A DNA stretch of 64,000 nucleotides, from assembly GCA_016779945.1 (NCBI GenBank), contig JADHMR010000002.1, positions 2,083 through 66,082 of the forward strand. Direction: 5' to 3'. This DNA comes from Bacteroidia bacterium (GTDB lineage Bacteria; Bacteroidota; Bacteroidia; NS11-12g; UBA9320). Positions 34,775 through 44,413 of the stretch are shown here, one piece after another; within the stretch, counting starts at the first letter, position 1, and each line of letters begins with the position of its first letter. The position numbers and the translations under genes were made by a program. A model generated the notes under the pieces. That model had not been told where the DNA came from, made no database searches, and saw nothing but the letters and a program-made list of their open reading frames with translations.

Positions 34775-35041
34775 TTATTCTTCGGTTTTTTCTTCTTGAA
34801 CTGTTTCTGTTGATTCAGTTTCTTTAGCAACTTCATTCTTGGGTGAAGCTTTTTTAGCTTTTGCTGGTTTTGTATTCATAGATGATATTACATCCATAAC
34901 TCCACCTACTACTACACCAGATTCTTCTTTGTTAGGAGATTCTACTGTAGACTTAGTTTTTAATCTTTTGATAGTTTTTACTCTAACTTTTGCTACAGTC
35001 TTATTTTTTCTACCTTTTCTTTCTAATCGTGTTACTCCCAT
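34775..35041 (-). CDS. small Lys-rich protein of unknown function (basic N-terminus, acidic C-terminus)
   Basis: ORF to 35059. An exact TACATTTG -7 box on the minus strand (35057..35064) overlaps the upstream ATG, so ATG 35041 (MGVTRLERKGRKNKTVAKVRVK...) is the likely start. Confidence 0.55.
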   Translation of the reverse strand: MGVTRLERKGRKNKTVAKVRVKTIKRLKTKSTVESPNKEESGVVVGGVMDVISSMNTKPAKAKKASPKNEVAKETESTETVQEEKTEE

Positions 35042-35056
35042 TGCTAAAAATTTGTG

Positions 35057-35064
35057 CAAATGTA
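35057..35064 (-). promoter_or_regulatory. candidate -7 promoter box (TACATTTG) for the small Lys-rich gene
   Basis: Exact TAnnTTTG match about 16 nt upstream of ATG 35041, inside the 48-nt divergent spacer. Confidence 0.4.
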
Positions 35065-35089
35065 ATACTTTTACACTTGATATTTAATC

Positions 35090-35674
35090 ATGATACGAAA
35101 AAAAATAAGTAGTTCTATTCCGTCATTTTTTTATTCGTATAACACAAATGCTCCTTTTAAGCATTGCACAATGTGTGGTGAGCCCTTGCATAATTCATCG
35201 CGTTATTTCATTGAAAAGGTTTTTAAACAAAATAGGGTACTCAATATTTCAGAGATAGTATACGAGTATGCCATTTGTGAATCGTGTGCAAATTCGATGT
35301 CTAATGAAATTAGTAATGATAGCAAGGCAGCCATTACTCAATTATATGAAACACATAGTGAAAATTTACTTCGTAAGCTAGATTATCTTCATAGAACAGA
35401 GAAGTATTCCATTAATAGTTGGGTAGATCGTTGTTCAATGACAGGCAAACAGGTCAGGTTATGCAATGAATATGCAGTAAATGGTATTATAGAAAATGGT
35501 GGCTTGGTATATGAACATACACCAATAGTAATCTCAGATGATTTTGTTCAAAAAATACAAGATGTATTATCAGAGGAGACTAAAGAAACTTTTGATGATT
35601 TCAAAAAACAAATCACGGACGGAGATCCGTCAGTTGAGGATTTAGTTTTTTCACCTACACCAGGTTTAATTTAG
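35090..35674 (+). CDS. hypothetical zinc-ribbon protein
   Basis: 194 aa. CTMC (CxxC) and CESC (CxxC) about 30 residues apart, with a further C-x9-C pair. I recognise no family. Confidence 0.6.
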   Translation: MIRKKISSSIPSFFYSYNTNAPFKHCTMCGEPLHNSSRYFIEKVFKQNRVLNISEIVYEYAICESCANSMSNEISNDSKAAITQLYETHSENLLRKLDYLHRTEKYSINSWVDRCSMTGKQVRLCNEYAVNGIIENGGLVYEHTPIVISDDFVQKIQDVLSEETKETFDDFKKQITDGDPSVEDLVFSPTPGLI

Positions 35675-35680
35675 ATTTTT

Positions 35681-35726
35681 CTCATAAAAAAAGTCCTCTT
35701 TCGGTAAAGAGGACTTTTTTTATGAG
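35681..35726. terminator. bidirectional rho-independent terminator (perfect 21-bp palindrome arms)
   Basis: CTCATAAAAAAAGTCCTCTTT-CGGT-AAAGAGGACTTTTTTTATGAG between convergent genes. Confidence 0.85.
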
Positions 35727-35747
35727 TTATTAAAAACTTAAAATTGA

Positions 35748-37070
35748 TTAATCAATGATTGTTACTTTCTTACTAGAAACTGCGTTACCAGCCTTAATAG
35801 TGTAGATATACATACCAGCATCTAAATCGCTGATATTAACGTCAGTTTTGTGCTCGCCGCTTGTGTAGTAGTCGTTTGCAATTTCTTTTACTTTGTTACC
35901 AAGTAAATCATAGAGCTCAATGGTAACATTGCTAGCGTTAATTAAATTAAAGTCTGCTTTTAAATACTCGCTTTTGCGAACTGGATTTGGATATAGACCA
36001 AAAGTTATGTTGTTGTTAAGTTCTTCTGTACCAAGTTTATCCGTAGAAATATGAACAGCGTAGTTTAAGTATCGATCTTGGAAATATGCATTTCCTGGAA
36101 CTGAATTTTGCCAGCCGTTTTGATCACCACCGTATCCAATTGCACCTGGCACCCACCAGGAATTGTTACAATATACGGTTTGTGGAACCATGACAGAATT
36201 GTTAATAAACATACTATGTCCAAAGTAATTCAATTTATTGGTTATTTCAGAACCATCTCTTGCTTCCATGGTGTCACCAAATTGGTATGGAACCATTGTA
36301 GCAAAAGATATACTAAAACCAAAAACATTTTTAAATTCTAAGTTAGTTTTCGCAGCATCAGAATCAATGTTAAATCCTGCTGGTAATGGTATAGTACGTC
36401 CTCTTGAAAACCAACCCTCATTTGTTGGTCGAGATGTAGTATCTTCAATTGTAAGTGGAATACGTACTTCGTATGCTGTGTTGTTTGAACCATGAAGACT
36501 TGGTGTCCAATTGTCTGGTTTCATAAATAAATTTGGATCCTCACCAGTTGGGGTAAACTGGCCACTCGCCAAATTATCATACTTAAAAAATTGAACTATT
36601 AGAGTATCAACTACATCAGTCATTGTTCCGCTTACATCTATCTCATCTATATATCTGACATATAAGTATGGGAAATATATTGAATCAACCGTATATTGAT
36701 TATAACGAGATAATATAATATTATCATCAGATAATTCTAAATTAGGATCATTAGGTGTGAATGCTGCTCCTACTGAGTTCCAAGGATAATGAGAAGCTGC
36801 ACCGTCATCATTTACAAATTTTGCAGCAGTATCTTGAAATAAGAAACTCACGTATCGGTCTAATGCTGTTAGTTGTGAGATTGCATCTACTGGAAATTTC
36901 CAGTTGCTGTAATTTGCTTTACGTTTTAAATTTTCGTTTTGAAGTTGCTCAGAAATAATTTCTTTGCCTTTAAAATAATTGGCTCTAACTTCAGTTTGTG
37001 CATTTACGTAGTAAAATGTGCTGCTTATAAATAGAGCAACCATTGCTAGTTTGTGTAGTACTTTAATCAT
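35748..37070 (-). CDS. secreted hypothetical protein with T9SS type A C-terminal domain
   Basis: Signal peptide MVALFISSTFYYVNAQ. C-terminus FGLYPNPV...VTIELYDLLGNKV...GMYIYTIKAGNAVSSKKVTIID. The body is unrecognised. Confidence 0.7.
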   Translation of the reverse strand: MIKVLHKLAMVALFISSTFYYVNAQTEVRANYFKGKEIISEQLQNENLKRKANYSNWKFPVDAISQLTALDRYVSFLFQDTAAKFVNDDGAASHYPWNSVGAAFTPNDPNLELSDDNIILSRYNQYTVDSIYFPYLYVRYIDEIDVSGTMTDVVDTLIVQFFKYDNLASGQFTPTGEDPNLFMKPDNWTPSLHGSNNTAYEVRIPLTIEDTTSRPTNEGWFSRGRTIPLPAGFNIDSDAAKTNLEFKNVFGFSISFATMVPYQFGDTMEARDGSEITNKLNYFGHSMFINNSVMVPQTVYCNNSWWVPGAIGYGGDQNGWQNSVPGNAYFQDRYLNYAVHISTDKLGTEELNNNITFGLYPNPVRKSEYLKADFNLINASNVTIELYDLLGNKVKEIANDYYTSGEHKTDVNISDLDAGMYIYTIKAGNAVSSKKVTIID

Positions 37071-37156
37071 TATTAAATTGTATTTAAATAGAATTCAAAT
37101 TTAGGTTATTTTATTAAAATCTAATAATTAAAATGTCATAATAAATTCAGAACAAG

Positions 37157-37831
37157 CTATATATCACCTGCCATAGGGCGTAGAATAATCTCTTCCATTA
37201 CGGTTGTGTCTGAAAGCTCATAGGCGGTCCAAATTAGTTTTGCAATAGATTCTGGTTCGCTGAATCGATTTTTGGGTAAATCCGTGCCAGCCCAGGAATT
37301 GGTTAATGTTGCTCCGGGCATAACAGCACTTACTTTGATTCCATCCTCTTTTAGTTCTTCCCTTAGCACTTTTGTAAAACCCAACTGTGCATATTTACTA
37401 ATGCAATAAGAACCCCCATTTAAGTATGGTGTAATACTTGCAGTTGAACAAATGTTGAAGATATAGGGTTTTTTTGATGGTCTGATTGCATCAATAGTTT
37501 TCCTTGTTAAATGATAAGTAGATGCTAAGTTGGTATCTATTTGTTTTTCAAAACACCCTTCTTCTTCATCCATGAGTTTTCCGGGCATAAATACACCCAC
37601 ATTATTAACTAAAATATCGATTACATTTTCTTTAGCTCTTACGTACTTTGCAAATTGGATGACCCCCTCTTTGGTGGAGAGGTCAGCGGCAAATTGAAAA
37701 AGATTAGGATGGGTAAAATTGGGGTCAATACTTCGGGCTGAAGTATATACTTTAAATCCTTTCGTCAATAAAAGTTGACACACTGCCTTACCAATACCTT
37801 TAGTTCCTCCGCTGATTATTGCTACTTTCAT
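37157..37831 (-). CDS. short-chain dehydrogenase/reductase (SDR) family oxidoreductase
   Basis: KVAIISGGTKGIGKA (TGxxxGxG), NNVG, catalytic YxxxK in YCISKYA. Confidence 0.8.
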   Translation of the reverse strand: MKVAIISGGTKGIGKAVCQLLLTKGFKVYTSARSIDPNFTHPNLFQFAADLSTKEGVIQFAKYVRAKENVIDILVNNVGVFMPGKLMDEEEGCFEKQIDTNLASTYHLTRKTIDAIRPSKKPYIFNICSTASITPYLNGGSYCISKYAQLGFTKVLREELKEDGIKVSAVMPGATLTNSWAGTDLPKNRFSEPESIAKLIWTAYELSDTTVMEEIILRPMAGDI

Positions 37832-37956
37832 GGTTAAAATCTTTTGACAAATGTATGTACAAATGATTTTGTTTTATGGAGCTTTGTTAAGTTTTTCATA
37901 AGCTGTGGACTATTTCATTCGTATAGAATACAGATGTATGTATCTTTACCCCCGTT

Positions 37957-38694
37957 ATGACATTCTTTTATCACTTTGGTAATTACATCCTATTTATAAA
38001 GGGGATGTTTTCTAAACCTGAAAAATTATCGGTATATATTGATCGCACGATTACCGAGATGAATAACATTGGCGTAGGTTCACTCTCAATTGTGGTAATT
38101 ATTGCTGTTTTTCAAGGTGCTGTGACTACTTTACAAATTGCTTATCAACTCATTTCTCCATTAATAGCCAAGCCAGTTATCGGTTCAATTGTTAGTGATT
38201 CTTCAATGCTTGAGCTAGCACCAACCATAACCTGTCTTGTATTGGCCGGGAAAGTGGGCTCTCATATTGCCTCTGAAATTGGAACTATGCGTGTGAGCGA
38301 GCAAATAGACGCTCTCGAAGTCATGGGAATTAATTCAAGCGGGTATCTTGCCTTGCCTAAAATTGTTGCTGGATTGATTATGATACCATTGCTAGTGATC
38401 ATTTCAATTTTTTTAAGTAATTTAGGAGGAATAATAGCAGGAGAGGCCTCAGGTATTTTAACTTATGAGGAGTATTTACAAGGTGCTCGAGAATCTTTTT
38501 TGCCGTTTAATCTTTTGTTTTCACTGATTAAGGCATTTACCTACGCATTCATTATAACATCCGTATCTGCATTTCAAGGCTATACAACCAACGGAGGAGC
38601 ACTTGAGGTAGGTGCAAGTAGTACAAAGGCGGTTGTTTATAGTGCTGTAGCCATTTTATTTTCAGACTATATTTTAGCTCAAATATTACTATGA
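37957..38694 (+). CDS. mlaE: MlaE-family ABC transporter permease
   Basis: 245 aa, multi-TM. GVGSLSIVVIIAVFQGAVTTLQ and MRVSEQIDALEVMGI are typical MlaE/YrbE motifs. Confidence 0.8.
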   Translation: MTFFYHFGNYILFIKGMFSKPEKLSVYIDRTITEMNNIGVGSLSIVVIIAVFQGAVTTLQIAYQLISPLIAKPVIGSIVSDSSMLELAPTITCLVLAGKVGSHIASEIGTMRVSEQIDALEVMGINSSGYLALPKIVAGLIMIPLLVIISIFLSNLGGIIAGEASGILTYEEYLQGARESFLPFNLLFSLIKAFTYAFIITSVSAFQGYTTNGGALEVGASSTKAVVYSAVAILFSDYILAQILL

Positions 38695-39422
38695 TAGAAT
38701 TAATCAATGTTTCAAAGTCATTTGGTGGGGTTGAGGTATTAAAGAATGTTTCGACAAAATTCGAAACAGGTAAAGTAAATCTTGTTATCGGAAGTAGTGG
38801 ACATGGAAAAAGTGTTATGATGAAATGTATGGTTGGTTTATTAAAGCCTACCTCTGGAAATGTAATGTATGACGATCGTGATTTTACAAACCTGGAGTAT
38901 TCACAACTTCGTGAAGTTAGAAAAGAGATTGGAATGCTTTTTCAAGGTACTGCTTTGTTTGACTCGCTAACCGTTGAACAAAATGTGGAGTTTACTCTAA
39001 AAATGTTTACTTCAATGACTCCAGCTGAGAGAAAAGATAGAGTAGATTTCTGTCTTGAACAGGTCGAAATGCAAGGAATTAACAATAAGTTTCCTGCTGA
39101 AATAAGTGGAGGTATGAAAAAACGTGTAGGTATTGCTAGAGCAATTGCCCTTGATATCAAGTATTTATTTTGCGACGAACCAAATTCAGGGTTAGATCCA
39201 GTAACATCCCGTGTTATTGACGAACTTCTAAAAAGTATCACAGAAGAATTTAATATAACCACCATAATCAATACTCACGACATGAAAACAGTCTTTGATA
39301 TTGGCGATGATGTTATTTTTATTTACAAGGGAAAAAAAGAATGGAGTGGTAAAGTGAAAGATATTCACTCTAGTAATAACGATATGCTTACAAACTTTAT
39401 CAAAGCATCTTATTTCGATTAA
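38691..39422 (+). CDS. mlaF: MlaF-like ABC transporter ATP-binding protein
   Basis: Walker A-like GSSGHGKS, signature ISGGMKKRVGIARA, Walker B LFCDEPNSGLD. 4-nt overlap with mlaE. Confidence 0.8.
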   Translation: MIELINVSKSFGGVEVLKNVSTKFETGKVNLVIGSSGHGKSVMMKCMVGLLKPTSGNVMYDDRDFTNLEYSQLREVRKEIGMLFQGTALFDSLTVEQNVEFTLKMFTSMTPAERKDRVDFCLEQVEMQGINNKFPAEISGGMKKRVGIARAIALDIKYLFCDEPNSGLDPVTSRVIDELLKSITEEFNITTIINTHDMKTVFDIGDDVIFIYKGKKEWSGKVKDIHSSNNDMLTNFIKASYFD

Positions 39423-39444
39423 TTTTTAACAACTATAATTCAAT

Positions 39445-41577
39445 ATGAAAAAAATAGTATTAGTATCTCTAACGGCAATTTTTTTATTTTCTTTTAAATC
39501 CGATTCATTTGAAGAAGGGATGTTTCCCATGAGTCAACTCAATTCACTTGATTTAAAAAATGCGGGTTTAGAAATTTCAATAAATGACATTTATAACGAA
39601 TCAAAACCTGCATTAGTTAATGCGTTGGTTCGTCTTGGTGGATGTACAGGCTCATTTATCTCCAATACGGGGCTGATTATTACAAATCATCATTGTGTTT
39701 TTAGTTCTGTAGCTTCAGTGAGCTCATCAGAGAATAATTATTTAGAGAATGGATTTTATGCCTCAGACAAAGCAGATGAAATCAAGACATCTTTACCATG
39801 CAAGATTACGATGTCATACCAAGATGTTTCTGAGGCGGTTTTAGAAGGTATCAATACAAACACACCCGCATTAGAGAAGCAAGAAATTATTGAAAAAAAT
39901 AGAAAATTGATACTTGAACGAGAACAAAAGTCTAATCCAAATTTAACACCTGAAATATCTGAAATGTTAGTGGGTAAGTCATATACGTTGTTTTTATACA
40001 AGACATTGAGTGATGTGAGATTGGTATATGTACCACCAAAAAATATTGGTAAATTTGGTGGTGAGACCGATAATTGGGAATGGCCTAGACATAATGGTGA
40101 TTTTTCGATTGTTCGTGCATACGAAAATGGACTGCCTTATATACCCGAAAAACACCTTGAGGTTAATCCTTCAGGTACATCCGAGGGAGATTTTACTTTC
40201 ATACTCGGATATCCAGGAAGAACGTATAGAAACCAAACTGCTCAATTTCTAGACTATCAAAATAGCTATGTTTTACCAATCATAGCTGATTGGTTTGATT
40301 TTCAGATTAACGCAATTAAAGATTTTGCTGGAAATGATGTAGATATGAAGTTAAGATATAGTGGAAGATTGGCAAGTTTGAATAATACTTCAAAAAACTT
40401 CAAGGGAAAGATGCAAGGTCTCCAGCGTACAGATGTGATTGCTCAAAAATATAGCAACCAAAAGAAATTAGCTGATTTTGCTGTGAACAACTCATCATTT
40501 AAAAACTACCAACCGTTGTTTCAGAAAAACAAGGAGTTAAATGAAAGAAAATTTGCTTTGGCAAGAGATTATATCTATCTAAACGAGTTGTATAGAAATG
40601 GTATTTTTAGTGGAGCTGCGTTTACACAAATAAACAACGAAAGTATCCAATCATTGTCAAAAGATGAACGCTTGTCATATTTGGAGAAAAATTCGTCTAA
40701 AATTCTCAAACAATTATCCTCATACCGGGGATTAGAATCAAAGTTATCACTTGAAAAGAAACTTTTTTCAGAGCTATTATATCAGCTTTCTTCAAGTAAT
40801 CTATCAGAAATCAAATTTTTATTTGATCACAAGTTCTATTCAGGTTTCAGTGATTCTCGGAAGTCTGCATACAAATTTGCTGAAATGTTGTGGGAGAGTT
40901 CCAAATTAAGAAGAATCCAAAAAAATAATAGTTTAATGGATACAGACTTAGCGAAGTTTTTGAAAACAAATGACGAACTGATAGCTTTTGCTGCAAGGGT
41001 TAATCGAGTGTTTAGTGGTATGCAAAAAGAGATGATTCAGGTAAATGCCGAGATTGATGCTATTATTCCGCGTTTTAATGATATTGAAATGGAAATGAAA
41101 GGTGGAAGTTTTATCCCAGATGCAAATGGCACATTAAGATTTACATACGGCTATGTTAGAGGATACGAACCAAAAGATGCAGTAATAGCTAGTCCATATA
41201 CAACCGTGAGTGGAATACTAGAAAAAACAGAGGGTTCTACAAATACCGATTATTTTCTTCAATCTGAGTTTGTGAAAAAGATGAAAACAATCGAACCTGC
41301 CGATGTTCTAAAAAGTAATGCTAATGGTAGTGTTGTGGTAGGACTATTATACAATATGGATACTACTGGTGGAAATAGTGGAAGTCCAATTATGGATAGT
41401 AAAGGAAGACTTGTGGGAGTTAATTTTGATAGGGCATATACGGCTACAATAAATGACTATGCTTGGAACGAAAGTTATAGTAGGTCTATTGGAGTTGATA
41501 TCCGTTATGTTTTATACATCATGAAATACTTTGGTCAAGCTGATGAAGTCCTTGACGAAATGGGGGTAAAGCTCTAA
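39445..41577 (+). CDS. S46-family dipeptidyl-peptidase (DPP7/DPP11 type)
   Basis: GGCTGSFISNTGLIITNHHC (catalytic His), GGETDNWEWPRH and TTGGNSGSPIMDSKGRLVGVNFD (catalytic Ser). 710 aa with signal peptide. Confidence 0.88.
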   Translation: MKKIVLVSLTAIFLFSFKSDSFEEGMFPMSQLNSLDLKNAGLEISINDIYNESKPALVNALVRLGGCTGSFISNTGLIITNHHCVFSSVASVSSSENNYLENGFYASDKADEIKTSLPCKITMSYQDVSEAVLEGINTNTPALEKQEIIEKNRKLILEREQKSNPNLTPEISEMLVGKSYTLFLYKTLSDVRLVYVPPKNIGKFGGETDNWEWPRHNGDFSIVRAYENGLPYIPEKHLEVNPSGTSEGDFTFILGYPGRTYRNQTAQFLDYQNSYVLPIIADWFDFQINAIKDFAGNDVDMKLRYSGRLASLNNTSKNFKGKMQGLQRTDVIAQKYSNQKKLADFAVNNSSFKNYQPLFQKNKELNERKFALARDYIYLNELYRNGIFSGAAFTQINNESIQSLSKDERLSYLEKNSSKILKQLSSYRGLESKLSLEKKLFSELLYQLSSSNLSEIKFLFDHKFYSGFSDSRKSAYKFAEMLWESSKLRRIQKNNSLMDTDLAKFLKTNDELIAFAARVNRVFSGMQKEMIQVNAEIDAIIPRFNDIEMEMKGGSFIPDANGTLRFTYGYVRGYEPKDAVIASPYTTVSGILEKTEGSTNTDYFLQSEFVKKMKTIEPADVLKSNANGSVVVGLLYNMDTTGGNSGSPIMDSKGRLVGVNFDRAYTATINDYAWNESYSRSIGVDIRYVLYIMKYFGQADEVLDEMGVKL

Positions 41578-42378
41578 TTATCTTAATACATCACTGCTAA
41601 CGCCAGTAAAACTGAATCCACCATCATGAAATAGGTTTTGCATGGTAACCATTTTAGTGAGGTCAGAAAATAACGATATACAGTAGTCTGCACAGGTATC
41701 TGCATCTGCATTTCCTAATGGTGACATTTTTGAAGCAAAACTCATAAAATCGTCAAACCCTTTTACGCCACTACCAGCAGTTGTTACCGTAGGAGATTGA
41801 GAAATGGTATTAATTCTTACTTTAGACTTTTTTCCATAGTGATATCCAAAGTTTCGAGCAATACTCTCTAAAATTGCCTTACTCTCAGCCATTTCACTGT
41901 AATCGGGGAAAACACGTTGTGCTGCAATGTATGTTAGCCCCAGAATAGAACCCCAATCATTGATTGCATCTGCCTGATAACATGCCTGAATCATTTTGTG
42001 AAATGATAGTGCTGATATATCATAGGTTTTGTGAGTCCAATCATATTTGAGATTGGTATAATCTCTCCCTTTTCGAACATTTAAACTCATTCCTATAGAA
42101 TGTAAAAGGAAATCGAATTTACCGCCAAAATGTGCCTTAGATTTTTCAACTAGTTCTATGACTTGGTCATTATCTGTAACATCACATGGTATTATTGGTG
42201 CGTTGATTTTTTCGGATAGCTCATTTATTGCTCCCATACGCATAGCTATTGGTGCATTAGTAAGTATAATTTCTGCACCTTGTTCAACACATTTTTCAGC
42301 TACTTTCCATGCTATTGAATTACTATCTAGTGCTCCAGATATAATTCCTTTTTTTCCTTTTAATAAATTATTAGCCAT
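41578..42378 (-). CDS. fabI: enoyl-[acyl-carrier-protein] reductase (NADH) FabI
   Basis: ORF to 42402; likely start ATG 42378 (MANNLLKGKKGIISGALDSNSIAWKVA). SDR-type FabI throughout. Confidence 0.88.
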   Translation of the reverse strand: MANNLLKGKKGIISGALDSNSIAWKVAEKCVEQGAEIILTNAPIAMRMGAINELSEKINAPIIPCDVTDNDQVIELVEKSKAHFGGKFDFLLHSIGMSLNVRKGRDYTNLKYDWTHKTYDISALSFHKMIQACYQADAINDWGSILGLTYIAAQRVFPDYSEMAESKAILESIARNFGYHYGKKSKVRINTISQSPTVTTAGSGVKGFDDFMSFASKMSPLGNADADTCADYCISLFSDLTKMVTMQNLFHDGGFSFTGVSSDVLR

Positions 42379-42526
42379 AGTTTTATTGATTTTACCGTGC
42401 AATGTTAAAATAAATTAAATCGTAAAAAAAGTGTCTTCATTGGAAAAAAATAAATTGAGAAACTTAAATCACGATATTGATTTTTATAATTGAGTACATT
42501 TGTGATAATCAAAAAAGACATAAAAT

Positions 42527-43339
42527 TTGAATTCAATTGAGAATACATTAAATGAAGTACTGAATGGCGATAAATTATTCTTATTGGCGGGACCGTGTGC
42601 TGTTGAAAATGAAAAAATCACTATGCAAACTGCGGAGTACTTGAAAAAAGTCACTGATAAACTGGATATTCCGTTTGTATTTAAATCTTCTTACAGGAAG
42701 GCTAATAGAACTAACGCATCGTCATTTACTGGGATAGGAGATGATAAAGCATTAAAGTTACTTGGAAAGGTTCGAGCAACATTTGACATTCCAATTGTTA
42801 CAGATATTCATGAAAGTAAAGAAGCTGAAATTGCAGCTGAATATGTAGATATTCTTCAAATACCTGCTTTCCTATTTCGTCAAACAGAACTTTTACAGGC
42901 TGCTGCCAAAACTGGAAAGGTAGTAAATATAAAAAAAGGACAATTTGCAGCCGCTGAGTCAATGAAATTTGCCGCTCAAAAGGTAGTAGATTCATCTAAT
43001 CCTAAAGTTCTTTTAACTGAGCGAGGAAATATGTTTGGATATGGCGATATGATTGTTGACTACAGAAATATAGTTTGGATGAAAGAAATGGGTTATCCGG
43101 TTGTGATGGACTGCACGCATTCATTACAACAACCAAATAATGGTTCGGGTGTTACAGGAGGATTACCACAACTTATCGAACCACTCGCAAAAGCAGCAGT
43201 ATCAGTTGGTGTAGATGGTCTTTTTATTGAAACTCATCCAGACCCAAGTTCTGCTTTAAGTGACGGTGCTAATATGCTTCCTCTACATAAAATTGAAAAT
43301 CTTTTAAATAAGTTGCTCCAATTACGAGCTGCATTGTAA
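42527..43339 (+). CDS. kdsA: 3-deoxy-8-phosphooctulonate (KDO-8-P) synthase
   Basis: LFLLAGPCAVE, FKSSYRKANRTN, VTDIHE, DCTHSLQQP. TTG start. Confidence 0.88.
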   Translation: MNSIENTLNEVLNGDKLFLLAGPCAVENEKITMQTAEYLKKVTDKLDIPFVFKSSYRKANRTNASSFTGIGDDKALKLLGKVRATFDIPIVTDIHESKEAEIAAEYVDILQIPAFLFRQTELLQAAAKTGKVVNIKKGQFAAAESMKFAAQKVVDSSNPKVLLTERGNMFGYGDMIVDYRNIVWMKEMGYPVVMDCTHSLQQPNNGSGVTGGLPQLIEPLAKAAVSVGVDGLFIETHPDPSSALSDGANMLPLHKIENLLNKLLQLRAAL

Positions 43340-43428
43340 GATTTAAATCAGATTTTGTATAAAATCGATGTTCATTTATCAATTTGTCATCAGATTAAAT
43401 ACTTTCGTATCACTTTTAGAAAATATCA

Positions 43429-43974
43429 ATGTCATTATACATTAACGAAATAGTATCCGTAGCGGGTAAACCTGGTCTTCAAAGACTTATTGTAAAAAGA
43501 GCAAATGGACTGATTGTTGAGTCTTTAAACGGAGATAAAAAACGATTTCCTACTTCACTCACTCAAAAAGTTTCGTTTTTGAGTGACATTTCCATGTACA
43601 CCTACGATGGGGACAAAAAATTGGAAGACATACTTAAGACACTTCATCAAAAAGTCGAGGGAGGTCTTGAATTGATCAGTAAGAAAAATAGTAGTCAAGA
43701 GATTCAAACATTTTTTAGAAAAATAGTTGAGGATTACGATGAAGATCAAGTGTATAACTCTGATATAGTCAAACTGGTAAGTTGGTACCGACTTTTAAAG
43801 GATCAACTGGACTTTAATCAATTGACCGAGCCTGAGAATGACGAAAAAGTGAAAGAAGCTAAGAAATCAAACGCTAAAGCAAATCTAAAAAAGCCAGTCG
43901 CTAAAAACACGCCTAAAGCTCAAAATAAGGCAAAGGGTGGTGTCAAAAAAAGTGGTAATCTTAAAGCAGGTTAG
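43429..43974 (+). CDS. conserved Bacteroidota hypothetical protein (DUF5606-like) with Lys-rich tail
   Basis: N-terminus ISVAGKPGLQRLI...; C-terminal KVKEAKKSNAKANLKKPVAKNTPKAQNKAKGGVKK. The family assignment is from memory only. Confidence 0.5.
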   Translation: MSLYINEIVSVAGKPGLQRLIVKRANGLIVESLNGDKKRFPTSLTQKVSFLSDISMYTYDGDKKLEDILKTLHQKVEGGLELISKKNSSQEIQTFFRKIVEDYDEDQVYNSDIVKLVSWYRLLKDQLDFNQLTEPENDEKVKEAKKSNAKANLKKPVAKNTPKAQNKAKGGVKKSGNLKAG

Positions 43975-44378
43975 TTCCTTACCAATTTTAATGCTATCCA
44001 TGCCATTGGTATGTATGCAAAAATGATATCAACTGCCGAGGGTATTAGTGGTGTTCCAATCATATTTGCTGCAAAAATGCCTCCAATCAAGAAAAATACA
44101 CCAACTGTATAGGCAAATAAGTTCTTTTTTACTGTAGCAATCTTTGCTGCAATATATGCACCCGAAAGTGTTCCTAAAGCATGAGCCAAAAAGGGCATTA
44201 CATAATTTTTGGGTTGGAATAAATGAATATTGTTACGTAATGAATTAACATCTTCGGGGTCAATGCCTGCGGGTAATGGTATCAGATTATTACTTATTGA
44301 TATTATACTCATATTGACCATGCTCCCTATAATTAATCCCAGTACAAGGCCAATAATATTTTGAATTTTAGATTTCAT
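43971..44378 (-). CDS. small integral membrane protein, unknown function
   Basis: ORF to 44396; likely start ATG 44378 (MKSKIQNIIGLVLGLIIG). About four TM segments. The 3' end overlaps the convergent gene by 4 nt. Confidence 0.6.
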   Translation of the reverse strand: MKSKIQNIIGLVLGLIIGSMVNMSIISISNNLIPLPAGIDPEDVNSLRNNIHLFQPKNYVMPFLAHALGTLSGAYIAAKIATVKKNLFAYTVGVFFLIGGIFAANMIGTPLIPSAVDIIFAYIPMAWIALKLVRN

Positions 44379-44413
44379 ATTATATTGTAATCTCACAAAA
44401 TTAGAAAATACAC

